Position numbers and translations under genes: made by a program
Assembly (NCBI GenBank): GCA_020632515.1
Contig: JACKFK010000004.1
Span: 128,068-192,067, forward strand
Length of the DNA stretch: 64,000 nt
Direction: 5' to 3'
DNA from: Candidatus Omnitrophota bacterium
Lineage (GTDB): Bacteria; Omnitrophota; Gorgyraeia; Zapsychrales; Zapsychraceae
Notes under the pieces: generated by a model
What the model was told of the DNA's origin: nothing
Seen by the model: only the letters and a program-made list of their open reading frames with translations
The model's database searches: none
Part shown: piece by piece, positions 47,015-56,523 of the stretch
How the letters are laid out: the number at the start of each line of letters is the position of its first letter
Numbering within the stretch: position 1 is the stretch's first letter

Positions 47015-47224
47015 AAAAGTCACAAAGCCACAAAGTCGCCGTGTCAGCTATCAGATTTCAGCTTTCAGTAATCAGTTCTTACTGCTTTTTTTTGATAGTT
47101 GATATCTGAAGGCTGATAGCTAAAATTTGCTTATCCCCCTATAGCGACTGGAGACTGACGACTGACAGTTACGCATCAGATAACTGACATTGCCACTTTG
47201 TGACATTGTGACTTGGTGACTTTT
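47015..47224. repeat. 210-bp intergenic element bounded by imperfect ~45-50-bp inverted repeats built from short tandem motifs (8-mers CAAAGTCA / TTGTGACn; 7-mers CAGnnnT / GACTGAC). MITE- or REP-like.
   Basis: Left arm: AAAAGTCACAAAGCCACAAAGTCGCCGTGTCAGCTATCAGAT. Reverse complement of right arm: AAAAGTCACCAAGTCACAATGTCACAAAGTGGCAATGTCAGTTATCTGAT. The centre carries the TGATATCTGAAGGCTGATAG box shared with 42491. Only a shadow ORF (47120..47329 -) overlaps it. Confidence 0.6.
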
Positions 47225-47237
47225 AAAGGAGGTTTTC

Positions 47238-47705
47238 TTGACCACAAAACATAACAAACAGGCTAAAGGTATGGTCGATATTACGACCAAAGATTCAACC
47301 CATCGAGTAGCAAAAGCAGCAGCCACCATTAAATTTAATCTTGAGGCATTTCAAGCATTCATCAATAATGAATCTCCAAAAGGGAATGTTATTGAAACCG
47401 CCCGCGTGGCTGGTATTATGGCGGCAAAGAATACACCGGCGATTATCCCTTTTTGTCATCCTCTAGAATTAGGAAAAGCGCGAATGGATTTTCAGATTAA
47501 CGAAAGTGAATGTGAGGTGCTGATTACAGCTGAAGTTGGATATCAAGGAAAAACAGGCGTTGAAATGGAAGCGTTAACCGCTGTTTCTGCCGCGGCTTTG
47601 ACAATCTATGACATGATGAAATGGGCCGATAAGGGGATGGTCATTTCCAATGTCATGTTGCTTGAAAAAAGCGGCGGTAAAAACGGAGATTTTCATCGTA
47701 AATGA
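47238..47705 (+). CDS. moaC: Cyclic pyranopterin monophosphate synthase MoaC
   Basis: 'GMVDITTK', 'PKGNVIETARVAGIMAAKNT..IPFCHPL', 'GKTGVEMEALTAVS.AALTIYDM'. TTG start 5 nt after SD AAAGGAGG. Confidence 0.9.
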   Translation: MTTKHNKQAKGMVDITTKDSTHRVAKAAATIKFNLEAFQAFINNESPKGNVIETARVAGIMAAKNTPAIIPFCHPLELGKARMDFQINESECEVLITAEVGYQGKTGVEMEALTAVSAAALTIYDMMKWADKGMVISNVMLLEKSGGKNGDFHRK

Positions 47706-49321
47706 AACTGGCGATTGAATCACTTAAGAAAAGTTTTATCGTAGGATGCTCGCTGCTTATTTTGGCTGGTATTAGCATGCGTTTTTATCAGATCAATGCG
47801 AATATTTTTTTTTATTACGATGAAGGGATGTATTTGACGCATAATATCGGATTTTTGGATTATATGCAGATGCATCCACCTGCAGGGTTTAAACAGTTTA
47901 TCAAATATTTAGAAGTTTGCATGCATGTGGCGTTATCCGACGGCAAAGCTTTGTGGTTTTTTATCGCAAATCTACGAAGTTTTATTTTTGATGTGAATGC
48001 ATGGTTTTTTACCCGTTTAGTCTCGGCAATTTTCGGCACATTAACTCTTTTTCTAACTTATCGTTTTGCCCAGCGTTATTTTCACTCAGCCTGGATAGGT
48101 TTGCTCGCGCTAGGATTGTTAGCGGTATTTCCGAGTCATGTGTATTATTCTCGCTTAGGAATTCAGGAAGCTTTAAGTACGTTTTGTTTTTTGTTAGGGA
48201 TGTATTGGTATATTTTTCCTAAGAAATTTCAATTAAGAACAATCCTTTCTGGTGTTTTTTTTGCTTGTGTTTTTTTCTCTAATTATCGGATGATTGTGAT
48301 TCCGGCTTTGGTATTTTTTGTAGAGATTTTTGGAGCTTTTGCACAAAAGCGTGGAGTTGATTGGCGTAAGTATGTTTATAATACCCTTACATTTTTAGCG
48401 GTTGTTTTTCTCATCGGGAATATTGATCATGGGGCTAATACAAAGATTACCTTTGCCTGGATGTTTTATCAAAAGCATTTGGCTGCGACTCAGGGGAAAG
48501 TAGAGGCAGAGCTTTTTAATCATTTCGCCTATCCGTATTTTATTTTTCGATTTGAAACAATTTTATTTGGATTGTTCTTTTTTGGAAATATTTATCTGAT
48601 CTCCAGAAAAGAATGGAAAAAACTTTTGCCGTTTGCTTTGGCGTGTTGTCATATGGTGATTTTTTCATTTGCGTTGGAAAAATCCGTGCGGTTTTTATGC
48701 GTGGTGATGCCGTTTATGGTCATGGCCGTGGCGGGTTTGATCGGATACAGTTGGCAAAAATTACCAACTGTCCGTTGGAAAAATATTTTGCTTATTGTGG
48801 TGTGTTTAATGGTCGGGCAGCAGTTTTTGAAATCTTATCATATAATGCACTTTCAATCAGATTATGAAAACGCGATGATGGATTTAAAAAAGGATGATTC
48901 TTTACCAACTGTGTTATCGACACAGTTTAAGGTTCAACAATTTTTTGCCATGCCGCGAAATACAGTAGCTGCCATGCCACACCAAATAAATCATTTAGTC
49001 ATGTTCTTTCAACGAGGTTATCGCTATATTGTTATTGATCCGCAGGCTTATGTTTCATACACAAAAGATGGCGCCCGTTTTTCTCAGCCTTTACAAGAGC
49101 CGCTAAATTTTATTTTAACAAATGTACCACCGAAAAGAGTTTATGAACACTTTAGTCCTGCTATGTTAGAGCGGTTTGTTTTAGAGCATAATGTGAATTT
49201 GCGTACATCATTGGCATTTTTACAAAAGAATCAGGATAATAAATTAGGAAAACTTTATGTTTATGATATAAAAGAGTCTTTGGCTATTTTGGCTAAGTAT
49301 ATGCAAAGTCAGGCGAGGTGA
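47702..49321 (+). CDS. Polytopic membrane protein, GT-C fold (ArnT/PMT, GT39/83-like) putative glycosyltransferase
   Basis: More than 10 TM helices. First-loop 'YYDEGMY' acidic motif, 'FGTLTLFLTYRFAQRYF', soluble C-terminal domain. ATGA overlap with moaC. Confidence 0.5.
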   Translation: MKLAIESLKKSFIVGCSLLILAGISMRFYQINANIFFYYDEGMYLTHNIGFLDYMQMHPPAGFKQFIKYLEVCMHVALSDGKALWFFIANLRSFIFDVNAWFFTRLVSAIFGTLTLFLTYRFAQRYFHSAWIGLLALGLLAVFPSHVYYSRLGIQEALSTFCFLLGMYWYIFPKKFQLRTILSGVFFACVFFSNYRMIVIPALVFFVEIFGAFAQKRGVDWRKYVYNTLTFLAVVFLIGNIDHGANTKITFAWMFYQKHLAATQGKVEAELFNHFAYPYFIFRFETILFGLFFFGNIYLISRKEWKKLLPFALACCHMVIFSFALEKSVRFLCVVMPFMVMAVAGLIGYSWQKLPTVRWKNILLIVVCLMVGQQFLKSYHIMHFQSDYENAMMDLKKDDSLPTVLSTQFKVQQFFAMPRNTVAAMPHQINHLVMFFQRGYRYIVIDPQAYVSYTKDGARFSQPLQEPLNFILTNVPPKRVYEHFSPAMLERFVLEHNVNLRTSLAFLQKNQDNKLGKLYVYDIKESLAILAKYMQSQAR

Positions 49322-49325
49322 TTTA

Positions 49326-50381
49326 ATGTTGAATTTTAAGAAACAACAGAAGTTGTGTTTAATTATATTTAGTTGTACGTTTGTTTTTTTCTTTGCCTCT
49401 TGTCGGCCGCATCCAGTTGAAATTTTAATTAAGAAAAGTGAACGTAAATATTTGATGGGTACGCATGTTCAGCTGGATATTTGTGTAGATAAAACAGAAA
49501 GTGAAGAAAATATCGCTGCGGCATTTGCTAAGGCTTGGGAACGCCTTGAGGACATTTCCTGGCGGATGAACATTTTTGATGAGCGTAGTGATCCTAGCGC
49601 GCTTAATAATAGTTTCGATGCGCCTGTAACTGTTGGAGCAGATACTTACTATGTCATTAATCAATCATTATATTATACAAAACTTACCGGCGGAGCATTT
49701 GATATTACGATTCTTCCTTTATTGCAATTTTGGAAGGAAATGGCCCGGACAGCGCATGTTCCAGAAGAAACACAAGTACAACGGGTGAAAAAATCTGTGG
49801 GGAGTAAAAATATTCGATTACTAGAAAACAATCAAATTGAGCGTTTAAATACACAGACAAAGATTGATTTAGGCGGAATTGCTAAAGGATACGCCATTGA
49901 TGAAGCCGCCCGTATTTTCAAAGAATTTAACATTGATAATATGTTTATTGATGCTGGCGGAGATATTTATGCTGGTGGGGTAAATTGTCAAAAAAAACCG
50001 TGGCGGATTGGAATCCGGCATCCTTTAGATATCAATAAATTGATTGATGTGATTGAAATCACAAACATGGCCGTTACAACATCAGGAAATTACGCGCAAT
50101 ATTTTGAGTTAAATAAAAATAAACTGTCGCATATTATTAATCCTGTTACAGGTTATCCGCAACAATATGTGGTCAGTGCGACCGTGATTGCGCCAACAGC
50201 CATGGCTGCGGATGCGCTTTCAACAGCGATGTGCGTTTTGGGGCATCCAAAAGGAACTGGAATTATTGATCAACTTGGAAAAGATTACGCAAGTTTAATT
50301 ATTACGTATGATGAAACACATGGCGATGTGAAATTGTTTAGCCGGGATTATTCGAAATATCAGGTTTCTAGTGGTAAATGA
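49326..50381 (+). CDS. apbE: FAD:protein FMN transferase (ApbE family), lipoprotein-like
   Basis: 'FFFASC' lipobox-like, 'MGT.V', 'GGAFDIT', 'DLGGIAKGYAIDEA', 'AVTTSGNY', 'HIINP.TG'. Confidence 0.85.
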   Translation: MLNFKKQQKLCLIIFSCTFVFFFASCRPHPVEILIKKSERKYLMGTHVQLDICVDKTESEENIAAAFAKAWERLEDISWRMNIFDERSDPSALNNSFDAPVTVGADTYYVINQSLYYTKLTGGAFDITILPLLQFWKEMARTAHVPEETQVQRVKKSVGSKNIRLLENNQIERLNTQTKIDLGGIAKGYAIDEAARIFKEFNIDNMFIDAGGDIYAGGVNCQKKPWRIGIRHPLDINKLIDVIEITNMAVTTSGNYAQYFELNKNKLSHIINPVTGYPQQYVVSATVIAPTAMAADALSTAMCVLGHPKGTGIIDQLGKDYASLIITYDETHGDVKLFSRDYSKYQVSSGK

Positions 50382-50392
50382 TTAATGGAAGT

Positions 50393-50450
50393 GTAAGTCA
50401 GAAAGAAGTCACAAAGAGACCAAGTCATAAGGTCGCAAAGTGTCGAATCC
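50393..50450 (+). repeat. Degenerate array of AAGTCAnAAAG-type motifs downstream of apbE
   Basis: gtAAGTCAGAAAGAAGTCACAAAGagaccAAGTCATAAGGTCGCAAAGtgtcg, read directly. Confidence 0.5.
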
Positions 50451-50528
50451 GGCAAAAGAACCTTAGCTATACATCGGATAATTGAATTTGAGACGGGTGA
50501 CTGATAAACAAACTTAAGGAAACAAAAT

Positions 50529-52544
50529 ATGACAGCCAAAGATTTTTTTGATTCAATTGAAGGTTATCAAACGCAATATCAAAAGGATGTAAATGAGGAA
50601 AGTTATTTTGGTTTTCCTCTGCAACCGATTCTTGATGCGGAAGCACGGTTAAAGTCAAAGCAGACAGCATCAGTTGGATATTTATCGATGGAGTACGGTA
50701 TCGCGCCGAGCATTTATCATCCGTTTAAACTTACCCACCCTATTGATCATCATAATAAGTTTTTTAAACATGCGGTTATTTCAAATTATCCTCAAATCGA
50801 TGATAAGCATAAAATCCAAATTGATAAAATGCTGGATATTCCGATTTACGGTGGAGGTTTAGGAGTTCTGGCCGGCGATATTATAAAAAGTTGTGCTGAT
50901 GAAGGGTTAAGTGTTGTTGGCGTGGGGATTTTATGGAATAAAGGTTATTTTCGGCAAAAATTTTGGTATAAACAAGGGCAAATTCCTAAAGAACTTTCGT
51001 GGGAACCGAAATCTTATCCAGGTTTGATTCCGATGCGAAAGTATATTCAATTTCATACCAAAGAAGGTTTGTTGTTTTTAAGGCTTTGGAAATATTATCT
51101 CTATAGTTATGATAAACGGTTTGCCTGTCCAATCATTTTACTTGATTCCCATCTGCCGCAGAATTTGCCGCATCTGCAAGAATTAACTAATCAATTGTAT
51201 CGCAGTGATCATGACTGGTGGAGGGCTTTTCAAAGAATTATTCTTGGGGTTGGGGGAATGAAGGCTTTAAAAAGTTGTCATTACAATATTGAGCGGTATC
51301 ATTTAAATGAAGGTCATGCCGCGTTTGCGTTACTAGATTCCTATCTGCAGGAACCTGATCGAAGAAAACTTTCGAGAAAATTCGCTTATACCTGTCATAC
51401 GCCTGTTGCCGCCGGACATGATCGCTTTGCCGTTAAAGAAGTGGCGAAAATTTTTGATGAACAGTATTTAAAAGCGGCAAAAAAACTGGGAAAAGATCAA
51501 GAGTATAAAGGTTGTCTTAATTTGACATACATGTGTTTGAAGAATTGTAAGCATGTCAATGCGGTAGCAAAAAAACATCGGGAAATTATGCAGTTACAAT
51601 TTCCTGATTTTGCCGAGAAAGTGGAAGCGATAACCAATGGGGTTCATATCCCGACATGGTTGTCCGGCAGTTTCCGCGATTTATTTAATCGATATAGTGA
51701 GGTTTTAGGCGATTGGCAAAAATCTCCGGAAAATTTGATAAAGGTAACCACATTAATTCAAGATGCGGATTTCCGTGAAGGAATATTTAACGCGCATCAA
51801 ATTAATAAAAATAATTTACTTAATGTCCTTTCTCCTTGGCCATTAAATAAAGATGTATTAACTATTGCCTGGGCGCGCAGGATGACTGGATATAAAAGAC
51901 CGGAACTTATTTTTCATAATGTTGAAAAATTGAGTAGATTGGCATACAATATTGGTCCTTTACAGATTATTTTAGCTGGTAAAGCCCATCCGAATGACAA
52001 TATTGGCGCGGCGCATATTCACGAAATTTTTAAACATATTGAGCAGTTACAAAAACATAATAAATTAATTAAAGTTTTAATTTTAGAAAATTACGATACT
52101 TATTTTGGTAAGTTATTGACTAATTCTGTAGATATCTGGCTTAATAATCCGTTGCCACCTTTTGAAGCCTCCGGCACCAGCGGAATGAAGGCTGTTCTTA
52201 ATGGCGTTTTACAATTGACAACATATGATGGATGGATCGTCGAGGCGGTAAAAGCGGATTTAAAAGGTAAGCCGGGAAAGGCCGTAGATATCGGCTGGGT
52301 GTTCGGATATCAGCATAAAGGACGTAAGATTGGATCTGAACAAGAATTACGCCTGGATGATGATTCGGATAAACTTTATACTACTTTAGGGGAAGCGGCA
52401 GAATTGTATTATCTGATGAATCACAAAGGCCAAATTAATTTTAAAAGTACTTGGATAGATAAGATGATTCATTGCGTGGCGCAGGCCGCATATTTTAACA
52501 CCTCCCGGGCCGTTCGAGAATATCATGAGAATCTATGGAAATAA
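50529..52544 (+). CDS. glgP: Alpha-glucan phosphorylase (GT35, short 'alpha-glucan family' type)
   Basis: 'IYGGGLGVLAGD', 'HLNEGHAAF', 'ITNGVH..TW', 'EASGTSGMKA' (PLP-Lys region); 671 aa. Confidence 0.85.
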   Translation: MTAKDFFDSIEGYQTQYQKDVNEESYFGFPLQPILDAEARLKSKQTASVGYLSMEYGIAPSIYHPFKLTHPIDHHNKFFKHAVISNYPQIDDKHKIQIDKMLDIPIYGGGLGVLAGDIIKSCADEGLSVVGVGILWNKGYFRQKFWYKQGQIPKELSWEPKSYPGLIPMRKYIQFHTKEGLLFLRLWKYYLYSYDKRFACPIILLDSHLPQNLPHLQELTNQLYRSDHDWWRAFQRIILGVGGMKALKSCHYNIERYHLNEGHAAFALLDSYLQEPDRRKLSRKFAYTCHTPVAAGHDRFAVKEVAKIFDEQYLKAAKKLGKDQEYKGCLNLTYMCLKNCKHVNAVAKKHREIMQLQFPDFAEKVEAITNGVHIPTWLSGSFRDLFNRYSEVLGDWQKSPENLIKVTTLIQDADFREGIFNAHQINKNNLLNVLSPWPLNKDVLTIAWARRMTGYKRPELIFHNVEKLSRLAYNIGPLQIILAGKAHPNDNIGAAHIHEIFKHIEQLQKHNKLIKVLILENYDTYFGKLLTNSVDIWLNNPLPPFEASGTSGMKAVLNGVLQLTTYDGWIVEAVKADLKGKPGKAVDIGWVFGYQHKGRKIGSEQELRLDDDSDKLYTTLGEAAELYYLMNHKGQINFKSTWIDKMIHCVAQAAYFNTSRAVREYHENLWK

Positions 52545-52589
52545 TTTCACAAATCCGTGTAATTTTTATTGAATCGGAGTAATTATTTT

Positions 52590-53405
52590 ATGAAACAGTA
52601 TTTAGACTTAGTAGCTCATGTGCTTGAGCATGGTGAAAAAAAGGAAGATCGAACCGGTACCGGAACGATATCAGTATTTGGGTATCAAACTAAATACGAC
52701 TTACGCGATGGTTTTCCATTGTTAACGACTAAAAAAGTTCTTTTTAGCGCCGTAGTATGGGAGCTGTTATGGTTTCTTAAAGGTTCAACAAATATCAATG
52801 ATGACCTTAAGGAGCATACACCAATTTGGAATGCCTGGGCTGATGAGCAGGGAGAGTTAGGTCCGATTTACGGATATCAATGGCGGCAGTGGGAACGTTT
52901 TGTTCCTTTGGCTGAGGAAGGGAAATATCGTAAGGAGTATGTGGATCAGATTCAAAATGCGTTGGAATTGATTAAAAACAAACCAGATTCCCGACGGATT
53001 ATTGTCAGCGCCTGGAATGTGGCTGACATCGACCGGATGGCGTTGCCGCCGTGTCACGCGTTTTTTCAGTTTTATGTGGTGAATGGTCGGCTGGATTGCC
53101 AGCTTTATCAACGTTCTGCAGACATTGCTTTGGGGGTTCCTTTTAATATTGCCAGTTATGCCTTGTTGTTGAGTATGATGGCGCAGGAATGTGGACTAAC
53201 GCCGGGCATCTTTGTTCATACTTTAGGAGACGCACATATTTATTTAAATCACGTCGAAGGATTAAATCTGCAGTTGCAGCGGGCGCCAAAATCTCTGCCG
53301 CAATTGCGTCTGAAAAATAAACCGGTTTTAGAAATGGCTTTTGAGGATATTGAACTTATCGGCTACGAACACGAAGCTTTTATCAAATTTCCGATCGCAG
53401 TTTAA
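52590..53405 (+). CDS. thyA: Thymidylate synthase
   Basis: '[26 protein letters not shown]', '[12 protein letters not shown]', '[19 protein letters not shown]'. Start moved to ATG 52590. Confidence 0.95.
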   Translation: MKQYLDLVAHVLEHGEKKEDRTGTGTISVFGYQTKYDLRDGFPLLTTKKVLFSAVVWELLWFLKGSTNINDDLKEHTPIWNAWADEQGELGPIYGYQWRQWERFVPLAEEGKYRKEYVDQIQNALELIKNKPDSRRIIVSAWNVADIDRMALPPCHAFFQFYVVNGRLDCQLYQRSADIALGVPFNIASYALLLSMMAQECGLTPGIFVHTLGDAHIYLNHVEGLNLQLQRAPKSLPQLRLKNKPVLEMAFEDIELIGYEHEAFIKFPIAV

Positions 53406-53475
53406 TTTGGCGCAAGTTTTCAGTGCTTAGATAGTTTTTTGGAAATGGACGAGGAGATAGTGGAGAGCTATTTAT

Positions 53476-54018
53476 ATGTCAGACTTTAGCATTATTGTTG
53501 CTTTAGATGAACAAAAGGGGATCGGAAAAGATGGAGGGTTGCCTTGGCATTTAAAAGCCGATCTTCAGCATTTCAAAACCATCACGACTAAAACCGCAGA
53601 TCCACAACAACGCAATGTGGTGATTATGGGGCGTAAGACTTGGGAGTCGTTACCGGAAAGATTCCGGCCATTGCCTGATCGCGTGAATGTGGTGTTAACT
53701 CGAGATTCCAATTACCCTTTGCCGGAAGGTGTTTTTAGAGCAGGATCTTTGGATCAAGCCTTTTCCTCCCTAAAGGGTGACACCCGCCTTTTTGGAGATA
53801 TAGATTCTTTCTTTGTTATTGGTGGGCAGCAGATCTTTGAGGAAGCTATGAAACGGCCTCAATGTCAACATCTTTACTGCACGCATATTGAAGGGGATTT
53901 TCAATGCGACACATTTTTTCCTGATTTTCAGCAGGAATTTCAATTGATAGAAACTTCTTCTAAACTTCAAGAAGGGGCTCTATCCTACCAATTTAGCCAG
54001 TATAAACGGACAACCTAA
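53476..54018 (+). CDS. folA: Dihydrofolate reductase
   Basis: 'IVALDEQKGIGKDGGLPWHL..D...FK..T', 'VIMGRKTWESLP', 'VIGGQQIFEEA'. Confidence 0.9.
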   Translation: MSDFSIIVALDEQKGIGKDGGLPWHLKADLQHFKTITTKTADPQQRNVVIMGRKTWESLPERFRPLPDRVNVVLTRDSNYPLPEGVFRAGSLDQAFSSLKGDTRLFGDIDSFFVIGGQQIFEEAMKRPQCQHLYCTHIEGDFQCDTFFPDFQQEFQLIETSSKLQEGALSYQFSQYKRTT

Positions 54019-54296
54019 CCCTCCCTAAATAGGACAAACCTGGACATTTTACATTCATTTTTTTCTTCAAAATGGGAAGCGCTTTCATTGGAGATTTTTT
54101 TTTGTTAGAACTTGTTGATATTATGGTAGTTGTATAATTGTGAGCATTTGACCAATTTCTAAAATAATCAGCCAGCGGAATCGTATTGGAGCGAGAAATC
54201 TTATATACTTAGAGAAATCGGTAAAATCGCATGAATGCGTGGATGATCTTTATATATATCTTTAATAATAGTAGATAGTAAGGAAATTGGAAGTGT

Positions 54297-55484
54297 ATGT
54301 TAGCCAAACCTAGTCCCAAAAAGAATATCCTGCTCATTGAGGATGATGATTCAGTCGTTCAGATGTTAGCAATGCTGCTTGAAACCAGGGGGTATAACGT
54401 CAAAGCGGTTGCGACAGGTCAAGAAGCTTTGGATAAGATCACAAATGGTGTGGATATTATTTTACTTGATTTAACCCTACCCGATTTTGATGGCTTAGAT
54501 ATTTGCCGAAAATTTAAAGATAATGAATCCATTTGTCATATCCCAATTATTATTTTAAGCGCCAAGATGTTGCCGCAGGCGGTGGTTGACGCTCTTTATT
54601 TAGGCGCAGATGATTATTTAGGCAAACCATTTGACTATGAAGAATTAATCGCCAGGATCGAGGCGGTAACGCGCCGCAGCAAAGGGTATCAAAATGGGAG
54701 CTTTATGAATAGTGGTGAAAGTGATGTGATTGTGGAGTTACGGCAGATTATAAATGATGGAAAGGTTGTTCCTTTTTATCAGCCGATTTTTCAAATCGAA
54801 CCGTTTCAATTATATGGTTTTGAAGCGCTTTGTCGGCCAGATAGCAAAAGCATTCTGATGAATCCTGAGATTTTGTTTAAAGCCGCGATACAGTTTGGTG
54901 TTTATCAGGAATTGGAAATGTTATCTTGGAAATCCGCATTAATTAACTCGCAACAATACCTTAATGGCCATAAGTTGTTTTTAAACTGTAATCCTTATTT
55001 TGTAGAAAGTCCGAAGTTCACAGAGATTCGAAATTTATTCGTTGAACAAAACGTCAATATTGACAATATTATTTTAGAAATTACTGAACGTTCGGCTATG
55101 TCACATGTAGATTTATTTTACGAACAATTAAAACGATATCGCCAAGCCGGTTTCAAATTTGCTGTTGATGATGTCGGTGGTGGTTTTGCCAGTCTGGAAT
55201 CAATTGTTAAAACAAAACCGGAGGTTTTAAAAATCGATAGGCATATTATTGAAGGCATTCATGAAGATGAATATAAGCAAAGTGTGGTTCGTTTTATTAT
55301 TTCTTTTTGTAAGGAAAATAACATTTTTTCAATTGCGGAAGGTTTGGAAACTAAACAAGATTTGCAGATGGTCAAGGAATTAGGGGTTGACGCGGTGCAG
55401 GGGTATTATCTTTCTCGGCCTATGGCGACAGTGAATATGCAGGAAGTGTTCAAAACACGGGAATTGATTGAAGCCATTAAATAA
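54297..55484 (+). CDS. Response-regulator receiver + EAL domain protein (c-di-GMP phosphodiesterase)
   Basis: Receiver: 'ILLIEDDD', 'IILLDLTLPDFDG', 'KP'. EAL domain: 'FEALCRP', 'LNCNP', 'LEITE', 'AVDDVGGGFASL', 'KIDR', 'IAEGLET', 'QGYYLSRP'. Confidence 0.85.
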   Translation: MLAKPSPKKNILLIEDDDSVVQMLAMLLETRGYNVKAVATGQEALDKITNGVDIILLDLTLPDFDGLDICRKFKDNESICHIPIIILSAKMLPQAVVDALYLGADDYLGKPFDYEELIARIEAVTRRSKGYQNGSFMNSGESDVIVELRQIINDGKVVPFYQPIFQIEPFQLYGFEALCRPDSKSILMNPEILFKAAIQFGVYQELEMLSWKSALINSQQYLNGHKLFLNCNPYFVESPKFTEIRNLFVEQNVNIDNIILEITERSAMSHVDLFYEQLKRYRQAGFKFAVDDVGGGFASLESIVKTKPEVLKIDRHIIEGIHEDEYKQSVVRFIISFCKENNIFSIAEGLETKQDLQMVKELGVDAVQGYYLSRPMATVNMQEVFKTRELIEAIK

Positions 55485-55650
55485 GAATTAAATCCATTTA
55501 ATACGGTCCAACTCATTTTTATAATCTATTCTAAGTGTTTATCAATAATTCTATATTTTGAAAAAGTTCGCGATTGATTATGGAAATAGTGTCATATTGG
55601 AATTTTTTAGAAAAAACCGGTTCCCCTGCAGGTAGGAAATCAGTATAATA

Positions 55651-56523
55651 TTGGCTATGTCTAAACATAATGCGGAAAAACGATTATTTCCTCTATTAAT
55701 TACCGCGGTTAATACCATTTTTTGGCATCCGGTCATATTTTTCCCTTTTTTATTAACCGCATTCATTCAGTTTTTTATTTTGGAAATACTTTATTTTTCT
55801 CCGCGAGAACCGTTGAATGTTTTTTTTGGGCCGATCATCAGCAAAATATGGTCTCCTGAATATCTTCATTATCCATTAAATTTGATTTTGCTGCCAAAAC
55901 TATTTCAATACCTTCAATATCCTGTTTTTATTTTGCTGAGCAGCTATTTGGTGAGTGTGTCTATTGTCATTATTAAAAATATTAATGAAGACAAATCAAT
56001 TCATCTAAAACCTTTATTTAAACAAACATTTTCAATGTACGTCCATATTGTTGTATCAGCTTTATTATCCTTTTGTTTGTATATCTGTTTAATGTATTTT
56101 TTTGATATGGTTATTGCGCGGGCCATGGAAATTCGTTCTCAGTCAGGTAAATTTTTTATTTTAAAACGGTTAATTTTAGAAGGGGCACCTTATTTTTATC
56201 TGTTTTTTAGTGTTTTGATTACCACCTTGTTTGCTTATGTGTTTCCAATGATTGCGATTGAACGCAAAAAAGTATTTCATGCGATTTGGGAAAATTTAAA
56301 GTTATTAAAAGGGTCGTTTTTCTTTACTTTTTTTGTTGTATTGATTCCATCGCTTTTTATTATACCCATTTTAATATTGCGCACAACCGTGAGCATTGAT
56401 GGCGCTTTTCCTGAAATAAGCGTTTGGATTCTCGTTTTGAGTATATGTGTTTTATTGTTTATTGATGCGGTTGTTTATACAGCGTTAACGCTTTTTTATT
56501 TAATGTTAAGAGAAAAACAATGA
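55651..56523 (+). CDS. Polytopic membrane protein, unknown function
   Basis: About 7 hydrophobic segments, no motif recognised. TTG 55651 or ATG 55657 start. ATGA overlap with the next gene. Confidence 0.35.
   Translation: MAMSKHNAEKRLFPLLITAVNTIFWHPVIFFPFLLTAFIQFFILEILYFSPREPLNVFFGPIISKIWSPEYLHYPLNLILLPKLFQYLQYPVFILLSSYLVSVSIVIIKNINEDKSIHLKPLFKQTFSMYVHIVVSALLSFCLYICLMYFFDMVIARAMEIRSQSGKFFILKRLILEGAPYFYLFFSVLITTLFAYVFPMIAIERKKVFHAIWENLKLLKGSFFFTFFVVLIPSLFIIPILILRTTVSIDGAFPEISVWILVLSICVLLFIDAVVYTALTLFYLMLREKQ

Noticed and set aside
47011-47237. Possible Moco (molybdenum cofactor) riboswitch upstream of moaC.
   Set aside because: The location is right, and fragments such as 'ATTGCCAC' and 'GTGACA' recall the E. 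coli moaA leader as I remember it. But the order and pairing do not match. The same motifs also recur downstream of unrelated genes (gpmA, apbE and the 42182 ORF), so a repeat family explains them better. An Infernal scan with the Moco model would settle it.
43401-50450. Short tandem repeats as a possible CRISPR array.
   Set aside because: The units are only 7-8 nt, have no spacers and occur at most 3-4 times per site. There are no cas genes in the window.
50425-50460. tRNA-like T-arm ('GTCGAATCCGGC').
   Set aside because: No acceptor stem, D-arm or anticodon arm can be built around it, and it lacks the GGTTCGA consensus. It is part of the degenerate repeat region.
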